From the NCBI RefSeq assembly GCF_009914755.1, contig NC_060929.1: a DNA stretch of 64,000 bases, one strand, 5' to 3'. The translations under genes were made by a program, and so were the position numbers. Under the pieces are notes generated by a model. It searched no databases. It saw nothing but the letters and a program-made list of their open reading frames with translations, and was not told the origin of the DNA. Below, in pieces: positions 14,048-28,157 of the stretch. How positions within the stretch are numbered: position 1 is the first letter of the stretch; every line of letters starts with the position of its first letter. Origin of the DNA: the human T2T-CHM13v2.0 reference genome, Homo sapiens.

Positions 14048-14204
14048 TTATTGACAGAGGGAATTTTTAAAGGTGTTTTCATTGTCCTGAATCTTTGAAA
14101 ATTGGCCAATACTGGGGATGTAACACACACCTCTGAAAAAGTTAAATAACCATAGAGTGCTATATGTATTATATAACATTAGTATTAGTTTTTAGTATTG
14201 GCAA

Positions 14205-15050
14205 TAGTATTAGTTTTTATTGCTGCTGTAAATCTTAGTGGTTTAACACAATACAATTTTTTTCTTTTTTTTAAGTTTTATTTTAGGTTCAGGGATACAT
14301 GTGCAGGTTTGTTATATAGGTAAACTGCATGTCTTTGGGGGTTTGGGTACAGATCATTTTATCACCCAGGTAATAAGCATAGTACCCAACGGGTAGTTTG
14401 TTTTTTATTGTCTCCCTACTCCCACCCTCCACCCTCAAGCATTCACCAGTGTCTATTTTCCTCCGCTTTGTGTCCATGTGTTCTCGTTTAGCTCCCACTT
14501 AAAAGTGAGAACATGTGGTATTTGTTTTTCTGTTCATGGATTAGTTTGCTTAGTTTAATGGCCTCTAGCTCCATCCATGTTGCTACAAGGGAGATCACAA
14601 TAAAACTTATTATGTACAGTTCAATAGTTCAGAAGTTTGATGGGTCTAATGATGCTATATCAAGATGCCAACAGGGCTGCATTCTTTTCTGGAGGCCTTA
14701 GGGAAGAGTCCAATTCCTTACCTTTTCCAGATTCTACAGGTCATCTACAGTTTTTGCTTTATGGCTCCTTTCTTCCATCTTCGAAGCCAACCACATACCT
14801 TCCATAATCACGTATCTTTCTTTGACTCTTCTCTTTTGCCTCCCTTTTCCACTCTTAAGTACCTTTGTGATTACATTGAACCCACCTGAAAAACCTAGGA
14901 TACTCTCCCTATTTTAAGGCAGCTGAATAGCAACCTTAATGTCACCTGCAGCCTGAATGTCCTTTTTGTCGTGTAAACTAACCTAGTCACAGGTTCTGGG
15001 CATTAACACGTGGACATCTTTGGGCAACATGACATTATTTTGCATACTGC
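14205..15050 (-). mobile_element. MLT1C-like MaLR LTR split by an L1 fragment
   Basis: TTGCTGCTGTAA...CTTAGTGGTTTAA; CTTTGTGATTACATTGAACCCACC; CACAGGTTCTGGGCATTAACACGTGGACATCTTTGGG. Confidence 0.8.
14258..14595 (-). mobile_element. Older L1PA 3' end
   Basis: T tail, then TACATGTGCAGGTTTGTTATATAGGTAAACT...CCATCCATGTTGCT; degenerate TSD CACAATA(C/A)AA. Confidence 0.88.
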
Positions 15051-15589
15051 AAGTGCATTCTCCTTTCATAGCAAGAAATATTTTTTTTTTCAGTTGCCTG
15101 CTTACTTGCCTGCTTCTCTAACAGACTGTGACTATCTCCTTTTCCCAATCTTGTTCCAGTGTCTACCATGAAGCTTGTTCCATAGTCAGTGAAAATTATA
15201 ATTTCTGGGTTTGTTAGCTACAGAAGATCGGGGAAAAGACAACTAGGCAGGAGATTAGGCTTTCTGGAAAGTGATTGACTTTGTTATTGCTGTCTCTTTG
15301 GCACTTACATCATAGATTTGCAAAAAAAAAATGTTTGGGAAGTGAATGGATAAATAAAGGTGGAATTTGAGCTGGACCTTGAAAGATGGGTAGCATTTGA
15401 ATAAAAAATGAACAAGTTATGCCTAGGGCTCAAAGAAGAGTTGATGAAAGTAATAGCTGGTGTCTAGGGCTCACAGAGGAGAGGATAGGTTTTTGAACAG
15501 GCAGGGTCAGGCTGGGTTACAGACAGCCTCGGGAAGCAGCCTGGGGAGTAAAGGCTTATTGTTCTCTGTAGACAGTAGAAAATCCCCAG

Positions 15590-17100
15590 TGCTATTACAT
15601 ACCCTACATCAAGCTTACTCCTTTGGAGATCTCATCCAGTCCCATCAATACCATCCGTACATTGATAACTCTCAAATGTGTGCTATATCCAGACCCAGTT
15701 TTTCCTCAGGACACCGTGCTCACATACTCAAGTGCCTGCTTGACATTTCCATGCAAATATCTAAAAAAAGAATTTCCAATGCTTCAAAATGAACTTCACA
15801 TGTTCGAAACAAAACTTCTGACTCTCACACCTTTCCCCAACTTTCTCTTTTCCTGGTGTTCTGCATCTCAATGAATAAATACTCATGTCTTCCAACTGCA
15901 TGGGAGAAAAACTATGGTGTCTGCCTTCTTTCACACCCCACATTGAACTTATCAGAAAATCCTATCTGCTCTACCTTTAAAATAATTCCAGAATTCAACA
16001 ACTACTTCTCAGTACCTTTGGTACTAAGTCCTAGTCAAGTCACCATCATCACTCCTCCAGGGTTATTATAATGGATTCCTAACTGGTCTCCTTCATTTCA
16101 CCATTGTGCCTTCAGTCTCAATAAAGTAGTCAGAGGAATCCTTTTAAAATTCTAATTATACTTGTATTCAAAACCTGCAGTGGCTCTGAATCCCACATAG
16201 TACAAAAGCTAAAGTCCTTACAATGGCCTACAGTCCCCACACCATGTGGCCCCTGTCTTCTTCCCTCCCACTCATCCTCATTGCCTACCATGCTCTCCTC
16301 TCTCACATGCACTCTGCTGCAGGCACACTGGCCTCCTTGCTGCTCCTTGAACACACCATGTCTGCATCTGCCTCAGGACTTTGGCACAGTTCTGCACAGT
16401 TCTCTCTATATAGGCTGCTCTTTTTGTAGATCTTTCCATGACTCTCTCTCACATGCTCACTCATCCGTTTCCTTAAAGTCTCTGCTGAAATATCACCTTA
16501 CCAGAAGGGCCTTCCTTCACCACCCAATATAAAATATTATCCCCTCCCCAACATTCTCTATTCTGCTTCCTAGGCATTCTTCCTCTCCATAGCATTCACC
16601 AATTCAAGTGCATCTGATTTACTTCATACTTGTTTATTTTGTGCCCTCTCCACTAGAAATGTAAGCTCCAAAATAGCAGTGACTAGGCCTATTTTTTTTT
16701 TTTTTTTTTTTTTTTTTTGAGGCAAAGTCTCGCTCTGTCACCCAGGCTGGAGTGCAATGGTGCTATCTAGGCTGACTGCAAGCTCCACCTCCTGGGTTCA
16801 TGCCATTCTCCTGCCTCAGCCTCCTGAGTAGCTGGGACTACAGGCGCCCACCACCACGCCCTGCTAATTTTGTGTGTGTGTGTTTTTAGTAGAGACGGGG
16901 TTTCACCATGTTAGCGAGGATGGTCTTGATCTCCTGACCTCGTGATCCGCCCGCCTTGGACTTCCATAGTGCTGGGATTACAGGCGTGAGCCACCACACC
17001 CGGCTGACTAGGCCTATTTTTTGGTAAAGTATTCTCAATGTCTAGAACAGTACCCAGCACATCGTAGGAGCTCAAAAAGTATCTGTTGCATGAATGAAAG
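15590..17100 (+). mobile_element. L2 (L2a-like) 3' portion, interrupted by AluY
   Basis: CTCATCCAGTCCCAT, AAAGTCCTTACAATGGCCTACA, CACACTGGCCTCCTTGCTGCTCCTTGAACAC; ends TGTTGCATGAATGAA. Confidence 0.8.
16692..17005 (-). mobile_element. AluY
   Basis: Antisense Alu with GCAAGCTCC...ATGCCATTCTCC diagnostics; TSD GACTAGGCCTATTTT at 16681 and 17006. Confidence 0.95.
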
Positions 17101-19334
17101 AATAATGAAAAATAGATTAGAAAGAGTTATCTGATAGTGGAGCAGGGAAGAATGAGGTGGATACAGACTTCAGGCTATGGAACCTCCTAGGAGATGAAGA
17201 CAAAAGTCCAGGTGCTTGGATGGAGGAGTATGGGAAAGCAGAGACAGCGTGAAAAAAGTCCACACATACAGACCATCTCAAACACCGGAAATGAAGGTGA
17301 AAGAAGAGTCAGATGACTTGACAGTTTTTAGATAGGGAAACAGAAATGTGAGTGCCACTAAGAGAAAGATGGTGTTAGTACTGTGAACCCCTGTAATGAA
17401 CAGGTGCTAAGTGTTTTGGCTAAATTTCATTTGGCATGTCTACAAAATGTCCAGTTGGATGGCTTCTCTCAGGAGAAAGGACAAAGACTAGGAATGTGTC
17501 TACTTTTTTGCAGGGCTACTTGCAGAAGCCTGAAGAGTCAGGCTTATTGCATGAGCAGGAGTCTTTGTGCTCACTTGTACCATTGTCTCGTCCTGGGCCA
17601 GGGCTGGTATCCAACTCAGTTTAGGAAATAATCAGATGGTGCGTCCTGCTTGAGAAGCAGTGTGTTTAGAGCATGGCGTGGTGGGAGAGAAGATCAGCCA
17701 TGGGAAGTTCCAGGAAAGTGCTGAGAAGGAGGATAGAGACAATTAACCCAGCAAAATAACAGCAAGAGCATATGTTTACCTCTATTTTTTTATGTTGTTG
17801 CGAAAGTATGGAATTAGGATTTCTGAAGAAAGAAAAACACCATTTTATAGGAAGTGTTATGGAAATTCTTGTTTCATGAGTTGAGTGAGGCGATCTGTAA
17901 CTTTAAGTTCACTGATAACTGTACTATGTTGGTAACCCTGACTGCTCAGGAATGTGCTAGCTCATAAATCTTGCTTGACCACCCATTGCTCTCTTGTTAA
18001 CCCAGCTGAGATTTCACTTAAGTGGTTTTATCAGTTAAATATTGGCAGAGTCCTGTGTTCCTACCACTCAGCAAAAAACATGAGTTGCCTTTTCCAGAGG
18101 GATGATGATGTGAGTAGAAAACCTTTCATACATTCATGAGTGAGGACAACATGGCCCTTGCTATGGAGGCTGTAGTCACTGAGAGGATGGAGCTGACTCT
18201 AGATCGGAGCAGATCCTCAGATGCCAATGGGGGACAAGTCGTTTAGGCAGAACCCCATCAATTACCCAGTGGACCTTGATAAAAAGATGCTATTCCCAGG
18301 ATGACTGAACCCTCAGCAAGTCATTGACTGATTCTTGCCAATTCCCTTCAGATATACTTTTGAAATTGGTAATGGTTTATCTCTAGCTTGTAACCTCTGA
18401 AGCAACAGCTATGAATAACAAATTTCTCTCTTATTTAAAAATACACACCTGTCTGTCCTCCCTCAATGTACCATGCAATCGACACTGGCTCTGATTTTCT
18501 CTCAGGGTGCCTCACTCCTCCACTTGTCTCTGTGGAGCAAGTGGTTGATTTACCTTGTGTGGTGTGAATAGATTCTTAGTGGACATGTTACTTTGGTCAA
18601 ATATTTACCCAATTTTCATACTCCTCTGTCAAAGAAATGGACGACTTTCACTTTTGCTAGATTTTTGCAACCTCAAATGGAAGATAACACAGTATAGTGA
18701 TATATGATATGGATTTCTTGTCTCCGTACATCATGGTCACTCTAGCATCATTATGGTCTAAGCCCAAGGAATCCTGTTTCTATGCCTGTGACCCTCCTGG
18801 GGAGGTGAAGCTATACTGAAGCAGAAAAGCTGTGGCCTTCTACGTCATATTTGGGATCATGCTTCTTCTTCATTACTTTGTACTGGGACATTGCAATGAA
18901 CTAGGCATTCTTCCTCAGGACTTCAGATCTCATCCTCAGTCTACTGGAATTTTCCTTTTCAGACTGCTTTTTTTCAAAGGCATTTCTTTCCTCTCCTACC
19001 TCTCCAGTACACTAGCATCAACTCTTCAACTAGAATAAATACAGGACAGATATACAAATACAGGAAGGACCACTGCTCTCGAACAAGCCAGGAGCAATTC
19101 CCAAGACAACAAAATGCAAAGCCTGACAACCTGATTGGCAGAGTGAGAGAAAAAATACCAGGAGTCACTAAATTACTTTCCTGATAAATTACCCTGCACA
19201 GAACAACGATACAACTGTAGATGTTATGCAAACTTATACAGGCCAGGTTTCTAATCCTCTGTTTATAAAATGGGTATCTTGTAGGGTTGTTATAGGAAAT
19301 AAACACCATAGTTTCTCAAAAAGAGTAAGAAATT

Positions 19335-19830
19335 GTTAATTCAGTTATTTATTCTTTCCACAAATATTAGTGAGTTTCCATTATATGATAGACACCAAGG
19401 AAGAGGCAGTGTGCTTCTATGAGTTTGACATTCTAATAAGAAGCTTGAATAAAAAGAAGGAAGCAGTCAGCCACATAGAGTCAAGAGGAAGAGCATTCCT
19501 GGTAGGGGGAACAACTAACACAAAGGCTATAAGGTGGAAATAAGCTCTGCACCTCAGAAAACCAGAAAAAGACCAATATGGCTGGAGCCTGATGGGTAAA
19601 GGTAAGAATAGAGAGGGAAGTAGGGGTCAGCTCATGTGAGATTTGTAGATGAGGATAAGTAGTTTGGATTTCACATTAAGTACAATAGGAAAAGTAGCAT
19701 GTTCTGATTTACATTTTGAAAGATCATGTTGTCTTCTCTATGTACAGGATTGCAAGAGTGGAAGTAGGAAGATTGGGTTGTCAAAGACAGTCATTCAGGA
19801 AAGAGACTATGTGGCTTAGATTCTACAAAT
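19335..19830 (-). mobile_element. L2 3' region
   Basis: TTATTTATTCTTTCCACAAATATTAGTGAG; GGAAGAGCATTCCTGGTAGGGGGAACA. Confidence 0.65.
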
Positions 19831-20119
19831 AGAACGTTCTACTTTCGGACAGCAAAAGTTGAGTCTTAACTGTTTTTCCACAGCATCTGTATACAAGCAT
19901 TTTGAGTAAAGCAACTTCCCTTATGATCTATATGAAAAGGTCTTTGTGACCCTTTTTAAACATCCAATCTATTTAATCTCTGTGTCACATGTAAATCTGG
20001 TATGTTTATGGGTCAAAGTCACAGAACAGGATTCTAGAGCTGGTGAGAGACCATATGGTACATTCTTTGCCTCAGCCTGGCTATACTCAGAACCTTTCAG
20101 TCCATATGTGTCTACTTAA

Positions 20120-20715
20120 AAAATTTTTCTAATAACTTTATTTAGATATGGTTTATATGACACAAAATTCACCTATTTGAAGTGTTGAATTCAATGGTTT
20201 TTAGTGTATTCACAGATGGGTTCAACTGTCACCTCAAGCTAGATTATTTTTATCAACCCCAAAGAAATTTTATATCCATTAGCAGTTTACTCCCCATTTT
20301 TCATATCCCCAGATATAGGTAAATATTCACCTACTTCCTCTTTTTCTGAATTTTTTTATTATATAAATTTTATATAAATATAATAATAAAATATGTGGCT
20401 TTGTGTGACTGGATTCTTTCATTTTGCATAATGTTTTCCAGGTTGATCCATGTCATTGCATGTATCAGTTTTCTATTAATTCTTATTGATGAGTAATATT
20501 CTGTTATAAAGATACAGCATATTTTCTTTATCCATTCATCAGTTGATGGACATTTGGGTATTTCTACTTTTTGACTATTATGAATAATGCTAATATGAAT
20601 ATGCATGTACAAATTTTTGTGGATATATGTTCTTGTTTCTCTTAGGTATGTACCTAGGAATGAAATGGCTAGGTTGCGTAATAATTCTGTGTTTAATAAA
20701 CTGCCAGACTACTTT
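20120..20715 (-). mobile_element. Old L1M (L1MB-like) 3' end
   Basis: ATCCATTCATCAGTTGATGGACATTTGGG; antisense peptide KCPSTDEWIKKI. Confidence 0.85.
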
Positions 20716-21098
20716 CCTGATACGTTTTGAAAGTACTTTCTACCCAGTCTAAGAGACTGCAACCTGTACACTGGCTGCAAATTTCTTAACTTCCTGGTCA
20801 GGAAGTTTTTATTCACAATGAATCAAAACCTTATTTTTCCTTATATAAAAGTAATGTTAAAAGCATAATCCCTTAGTTTCCTCCAAAGAAAAAGCAAAAA
20901 TGAATGCATTAGCTTAGTTTTCTTCCCTTTAAATAATTTCTTATTTTTCCTACTTATTTATAAAAAATAATTTCTGCTTTTATTTTAGATTAAGGAGTAT
21001 ATGTACAGGTTTGTTATATGGGTATATTATGCAATGCTGAGGTTTGGGATACAAATGATCCTGTCACCCAGGTAGAGAGCACAGTACCCAATAGGTAG

Positions 21099-21936
<838 letters not shown>

Positions 21937-23433
21937 TCATGTTGCTGCAAAGGATATGCTTTCATTCTTTTTTGTGGCTTCATAGTATTCCATGGTGTAT
22001 ATGTACCACATATTCTTTATCCAATCTCCCATTGACAGGCACCTATGTTGATTCCATGTCATTGCCATTGTGAATAGTGCTGCAATAAACATATGTGTGT
22101 ATGTGTCTTTTTGGTAGAACAATTTCTTTTCCTTTGGGTATATATTCATTAATGAGATTGCTGGATCAAATGCTAGTTATGTTTTTAGTTCTTTGAGAAA
22201 TCTTCAAACTGCTTTCCACAGAGGCTGAACTAATTTACATTCTTACCAAAAGCGTATAAAGTACTCCCTTTCTCTGCAGCCTTGCCAGCATCTGTTATTT
22301 TTTGACTTTTTAATAATAGCCGTTCTGACTGGTGTGAAATGGTGTCTCATTGTAGTTTTGATTTGCCTTTCTATGATGATTAGTGTGTTGGGCATTTTTA
22401 CACATTTGTTGGCTGCTTGTATGTCTTCCTTTGAGAAGTGTCTGTTCATGCCCTTTGTATTTTTACTTGCTGAATTGTTCAAGTTCCTTATAGATTGTGG
22501 ATATTAGACCATTGTTGGATGCAGAGTTTGTGAATATTATCTCTCATTCTACAGGTTGTCTGTTTGTTGTCACTTTGGTTTGCTGTGCAGAAGCTCTTTA
22601 ATTTAATTAGATCCCACTTGTCAATTGTTGGTTTTGATGCAATTGCTTTTGAGGAATTAGCCATAAATTCTTTGCCAAGGCTGATGTCCAGAATGGTTTT
22701 TATTTCCAAAGTTTTCTTCCAGGATTTATTGTTTGAGGTGTTGCATTTAAGTCTTTAATCCATCTTGAGTTCATTTTTGTATATGGTGAAAGGTAGGGGT
22801 CCAGTTTCATTTTGCATATAGCTAGCCAGTTATACCACACTATTTAATAAATTTGGAGTCCTTTCCCATTCCTTATTTTTGTCAACTTTGTCAAAGATCT
22901 AATTGTTGTAGATATGTGTCTTTATTTCTGGGTTCTTTCTTCTGTTCCATTGGTCTACGTGTTTGCTTTTGTACCAGTACCAAGCTGTTTTGGTTGTTGT
23001 AGCCTTTTAGTTGGAAGTCAGGTAATGTTATGCTCCCAGCTTTGTTCTTTTTGCTTAGAGATTGCTTTGGCTTTTCGGGCTCTTTATTGGTTCCATATGA
23101 ATTTTAGAATAATTTTTTTCTAATTATGTGAAAAATAACGTTAGTAGTTTTTCAGGAATAGTGTTGAATCCGTAGATTGTGTTGGGCAGTATGGCCATTT
23201 TAATGACATTGATTCTTCTAATCCATGAGCATGGAATGTTTTCCCATTTGTTTGTGTCATTTATGATTTTTTTTCTGCCATATTTTGTAGTTCTTTTTAT
23301 AGAGACCTATCACCACCTTTGCAAGGTGTCTTCCTGGGTATTTTATTTCTGTTGTGGCTATTGTAAATGGGATTGCACTTTTGATTTGGCCCTCAGTTTG
23401 AACATTATTTCTGTATATAAATGCCACTGATTT

Positions 23434-23730
23434 GGCCAGGCACGGTGGCTTACGCCTGTAATCCCAGCACTCTGGGAGGCCAAGGTGGGTGTATCACGAG
23501 GTCAGGAGATCAAGGCCATCCTGGCTAACACAGTGAAACCCCGTTTCTATTAAAAAAATACAAAACATTAGCCGGGCATAGTGGCGGGCAACTGTAGTCC
23601 CAGCTGCTTGGGAGGCTGAGGCAGGAGAATGGCGTGAACCCGGAAGGCGGAGCTTGCTGTCAGCAGAGATCGTGCCACTACAGTCCAGCCTGGGTGACAG
23701 AGCAAGATTCCGTCTTAAAAAAAAAAAAAG
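23434..23730 (+). mobile_element. AluY
   Basis: CTGGCTAACACAGTG, GAATGGCGTGAACCCGG; TSD AAATGCCACTGATTT at 23419-23433 and 23731-23745. Confidence 0.95.
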
Positions 23731-23742
23731 AAATGCCACTGA

Positions 23743-24053
<311 letters not shown>

Positions 24054-25574
24054 TACTTATTTTTGTGTATTGATTTTATATCCTCAAACTTTACTGAAGT
24101 CATTTATCAGTTCTAAGAGCCTTTAGGTGAAGTCTTTAGCATTTTCTAGGTATAGAATCATTTTATCAGTGAAGAGGAATAATTTATCTTCTTTTCCTGT
24201 TTGGATTCCTTTTATTTCTTTCTCTTGCCTCATTACTCTGGCTAGCACTTCCAGTATTATGTTGAATGGGAGTGGTGAGAGTGGGCATCCTTGTCTTGTT
24301 CCAGTTCTTCAGGGGAATGCTTCCAGCTTTTGGCTGTTCAGTCTGATATTGGCTGTAGGCTTGTCATAGATACCTCTTATTATTTTTAGGCATGCTTATT
24401 TAATGCCTAGTTTCTTGAAAGTTTTTATCATGAAGCGATGTTGGATTTGATTGAGAGCTTTTTCTGCATTTATTGAGATGATCATATGGCTTTCATAATT
24501 CTGTTTATGTAATAAATCACATTTATTGATTTGCATATGTTGAACCAAACTTGCATCCCAGGAGTAAAACCTATGTGACTGTGGTGAATTAACCTCTTGA
24601 TGAGATGCTGGATTTGGTTTGCTAGTGTTTTGTTGAGAATTACTGTGTCCATGTTCATCAGAGACTTTAGCCCGTAGTTTTCTTTTTTCTTTGTGCTTTT
24701 GCCTGATTTTGGTATCAGGATGATGCGAATTTCATAGAACGAGTTAGGGTAGGGTCCCTCCTCCTTGATTTTTTGGAATAGTTGCAGTAGAATTGGTACC
24801 AGTTCCTCTTTGAATGCATGGTAGAATTCGGTTGTGAATCCATCTGGTCCAAAGCTTATTTTGCTTGGTAGGTTTCTTATTTCAGATTCAATAAGAAACT
24901 TGGAACTTGATATTGGTCTATTCTGGGTTTCAACTTCTTCCTGATTCAATCTTAGGAGGTTGTGTTTCCAGGAATTTATTCATTTCTTCTAGATTTTTGC
25001 ATGCATAGAGGTGTTTATAATAGTTTCTGAGGATCTTTTTTGTTTCTTTGGGATCAGATGTAATGTTACCATTGTTATTTCTAATTGTGCTTATCTGAAT
25101 CTTCTCTCTCTTTTTCTTTGTTACTCTAGCCAGTTGTCTAATGACCTGTTTATCCTTTTGGATAACAAACTTTTGGTTTCATTAATCCTTTGTATGGATT
25201 TTTGGGTCTCAATTTCACTCACTTCTGCTCTGATTTTAGTTACTTCTCTTCTGCTAGCTTTGGGCTTAGTTTATTCTTGTTTTTCTAATTCCTCTGTGTG
25301 TGTGATGTTAGGTCATCAATTTGAGCTCTTCCTGACTTCTTGAGGTAGGGTTTCCTCTTAACACTGTTCTTGCTGCATCTCAGAGACTTTGTTATGTTGT
25401 GTCTCTGTTTTCATCAATTTCAGGTAGTTTTTTGATTTCTTCCTTAATTTCATTTTCCAAAAGTCATTGAGGAACAAGTTGTTTAATTTCCATGTAATTG
25501 TATGGTTTTGGGAGATATTTATGTTGATTTTCATTTTATTCCACTGTGGTCCAAGAGTACGGTTAGTATCATTT

Positions 25575-27016
25575 TTTGTCTGGAATTGGTGGGGTCTTGG
25601 TCTCACTGACCTCAAGAATGAAGCGGTGGACCCTCGTGGTGAGTGTTACAGTTCTTAAAGGTGGCGTGTCCGGAGTTTGTTCCTTCTGATGTTCGGATGT
25701 GTTCTGCGTTTCTTCCTTCTGGTGGGTTCGTGGTCTCGCTGGCTCAGGAGTGAACCTGCACACCTTTGCAGTGAGTGTTACAGCTCATAAAGGCACTGCG
25801 GACCCAAAGAATGAGCAGCAGCAAGGTTTACTGCAAAGAGCAAAAGAACTAAAGCTTCCACGGTGTGGAAGGGGACCTGAGCAGGTTGCCACTGCTGGCT
25901 GGGCAGCCTGCTTTTGTTCCCTTATCTGGCCCCACCCACACCCTGCCGATTGGTCCATTTTACAGAGAGCTGCTTGGTCTGTTTTACAGAGAGCTGATTG
26001 GTCTGTTTTGACAGGGTGCTGATTGGTGCGTTTACAATCCCTGAGCTAGACACAGAAGTTCTCCAAGTCCCCACTGGATTAGCTAGAAACAGAGCACTGA
26101 TTGGTGCATTTACAAACCTTGAGCTAGACACAGGGTGCTGATTGGTGTATTTACAAACCTTGAGCTAGATACAGAGTGCTGATTGGTGTATTTACAATCC
26201 CTTAGCTGTACATAAAGGTTCTCCAAGTCCCCACCAGGTCAGCTAGACACAGAGAGCTGATTGGTGCATTTACAAACCTTAAGCTAGATACAGAGTGCTG
26301 ATTGGTGTATTTACAATCCCTTAGCTAGACATAAAGGTTCTCCAAGTCCCCACCAGACTCAGGAGCCCAGCTGGCTTCACCCACTGGATCCCGCACCAGG
26401 GCTGCAGGTGGAGCTGCCTGCCAGTTCCGTGCGGTGTGCCCGCACTCCTCAGCCCTTGGGTGGTCAATGGGACCAGGTGCCATGGAGCAGGGGGTGGCGC
26501 TACTCAGGGAGCTCAGGCCCCGCAGGATCCCACGGGGTGGAGGAGGGGCGGGGGCGGGGTGGGCGCGGGCATGGCGGGCTACAGGTCCACAGCCCTGCCC
26601 CGCGGGAAGGCAGCTAAGGCCCTGCGAGAAATTGAGCACAGCGCCGGTGGGCCGGCACTGCTGGGGGACCCAGCACACCCTCCGCAGCTGCTGGCCCCAG
26701 TGCTAAGCCCCTCACTGCCCGGGGCTGGCCAGCCCGCCGCTCCAAGTGTGGGGTGCCAAGCCCATGCCCATCCGGAATTCTAGCTGGCCTGCAAGCGCCA
26801 CGCGCAGCCCTGGTTCTCGCCCGTGCCTCTCCCTCCACACCTCCTCGCGAGCTGAGGGAGCCGGCTCTGGCCCTGGCCATCCCAGGAAGGGGCTCCCACA
26901 GTGCAGTGGTGGCTGAAGGGCTCCTCAAGTGCAGCCAGAGTGGGTGCCGAGGCCCTCTAGGAGGCGCCAAGAGCGAGCGAGGGCTGCGAGGGCTGCCAGC
27001 ACGCTGTCACCTCTCA
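25575..27016 (-). mobile_element. LTR12C-like (ERV9/HERV-9) solo LTR
   Basis: Minus strand begins TGAGAGGTGACAGCGTGCTGGCAG and ends GTCAGTGAGACCAAGACCCCACCAATTCCAGACA; ~41-bp tandem U3 repeats; 4-bp TSD ATTT at 25571-25574 and 27017-27020. Confidence 0.95.
25905..26330 (-). promoter_or_regulatory. LTR12 U3 promoter/enhancer: eight CCAAT (NF-Y) boxes plus a GATA site
   Basis: GATTGG at about 25948, 25996, 26021, 26099, 26140, 26181, 26259 and 26300; CTTATCT at 25921. Activity is not shown by sequence alone. Confidence 0.7.
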
Positions 27017-27575
27017 ATTTCAAAGTTTTTGAATTTATTGAGACTTGTTTTATGGCCAATCATGTGTTCAATCTTAGGTTGTGTTCTGTGCACAGATGAG
27101 AAGGATGTATATCCTATGGTTGGTGGGTGGAGTATTCTGTAGATGTCTATTAAGTCCAATTGATCGAGTGTTGAATTTAAGTCCAGAATTTCCCTATTTT
27201 TCTGCCTTTATAATTTGTCTAATGCTGTCAGTGGCATGTTGAAGTCCCCAACTATTATTGTGTGGCTGTTTAAGTCTTTTCATAGGTCTAAAAGTGTTTG
27301 CTTTATGAATCTGTGTGCTCAAATGTTGGGTGCATACTTATTTATAATAGTTAAGTTTTCCTATCAAATTGAACCCTCCATCATTATGTAATGCCCATTT
27401 TTGTCCTTTTTTACCGTTGTTGGTTTAAAGTCTGTTTTATCTAATGTAAGAATAGTGACCCTTGCTTTTTTTGTTGGTTTCCCAGTTCCATGATATATCG
27501 TTCTCCAACCCTTTACTTTGAGTCTGCATGTCGTTACACGTGAGATGGGTCTCTTAAAGAGAGCAAACAGATAGG

Positions 27576-28157
27576 TTTTATTTATTTTATTTTTCTATTT
27601 TTTATGGCAATAAGTCTTTATTTTTTGTACAGGGTGCCACTGCAGGTAACCATCAGAGAACACACTGCTATTTTCGAAAATACAGAACTGAACAAAAGCA
27701 TTTTAGCATGCTGCCTTACTGTACATAGAAAACTGGTGAGCGTCTTCAGACACTAAGACCAGGAAATACAATGGGTTAATGCTATTTTTTGATATGTTTT
27801 TGAATCACTCAGCAGTGTTAATGTAGACTATCTTTACCTGAAAGCAGAATTACAATCACTCACTCTGGCAGCACTCACTGGGCAATTCTAAAATTCAGGT
27901 CTAGTGAAAGGTAGGCACAACCAACAAGCAAGCAAGGAACAGATGCCATGTCTGCTTTTGAAGGAATTGACTGATTATGAACGAGGCTCTGCAGATTTTA
28001 AGAATTGATACAGCCATCTTAACAGCTTAATATTGAGTTTCCCTTACTTTGTATGTTGGCAGTCAACAAAAGCGAGAATTTCCGAAATGAGCTAAATAGG
28101 ATTAAAAAGCAGAACCCTGTCCGTATGACAGAATTGCTGCTTCACAACTTTTGCCCA
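27576..28157 (-). pseudogene. Probable 5'-truncated processed retrocopy of an mRNA 3' UTR (or orphan transduction); source not identified
   Basis: Non-L1 sequence interrupting the L1; decayed T tract 27576-27603; AATAAA on the minus strand at 27617-27622, about 13 nt before the tail; similar flanks (TTATTTATTT) on both sides. Confidence 0.75.

Noticed and set aside
26030-26350. Regularly spaced repeats resembling a CRISPR array
   Set aside because: The intervening sequences are themselves repeated (no unique spacers), there are no cas genes, and this is the known LTR12 U3 tandem array in primate DNA
26325-27142. GC-rich ORFs and apparent CpG-island gene promoter
   Set aside because: Almost entirely inside LTR12C, which is bounded by a 4-bp TSD; no downstream coding exon seen
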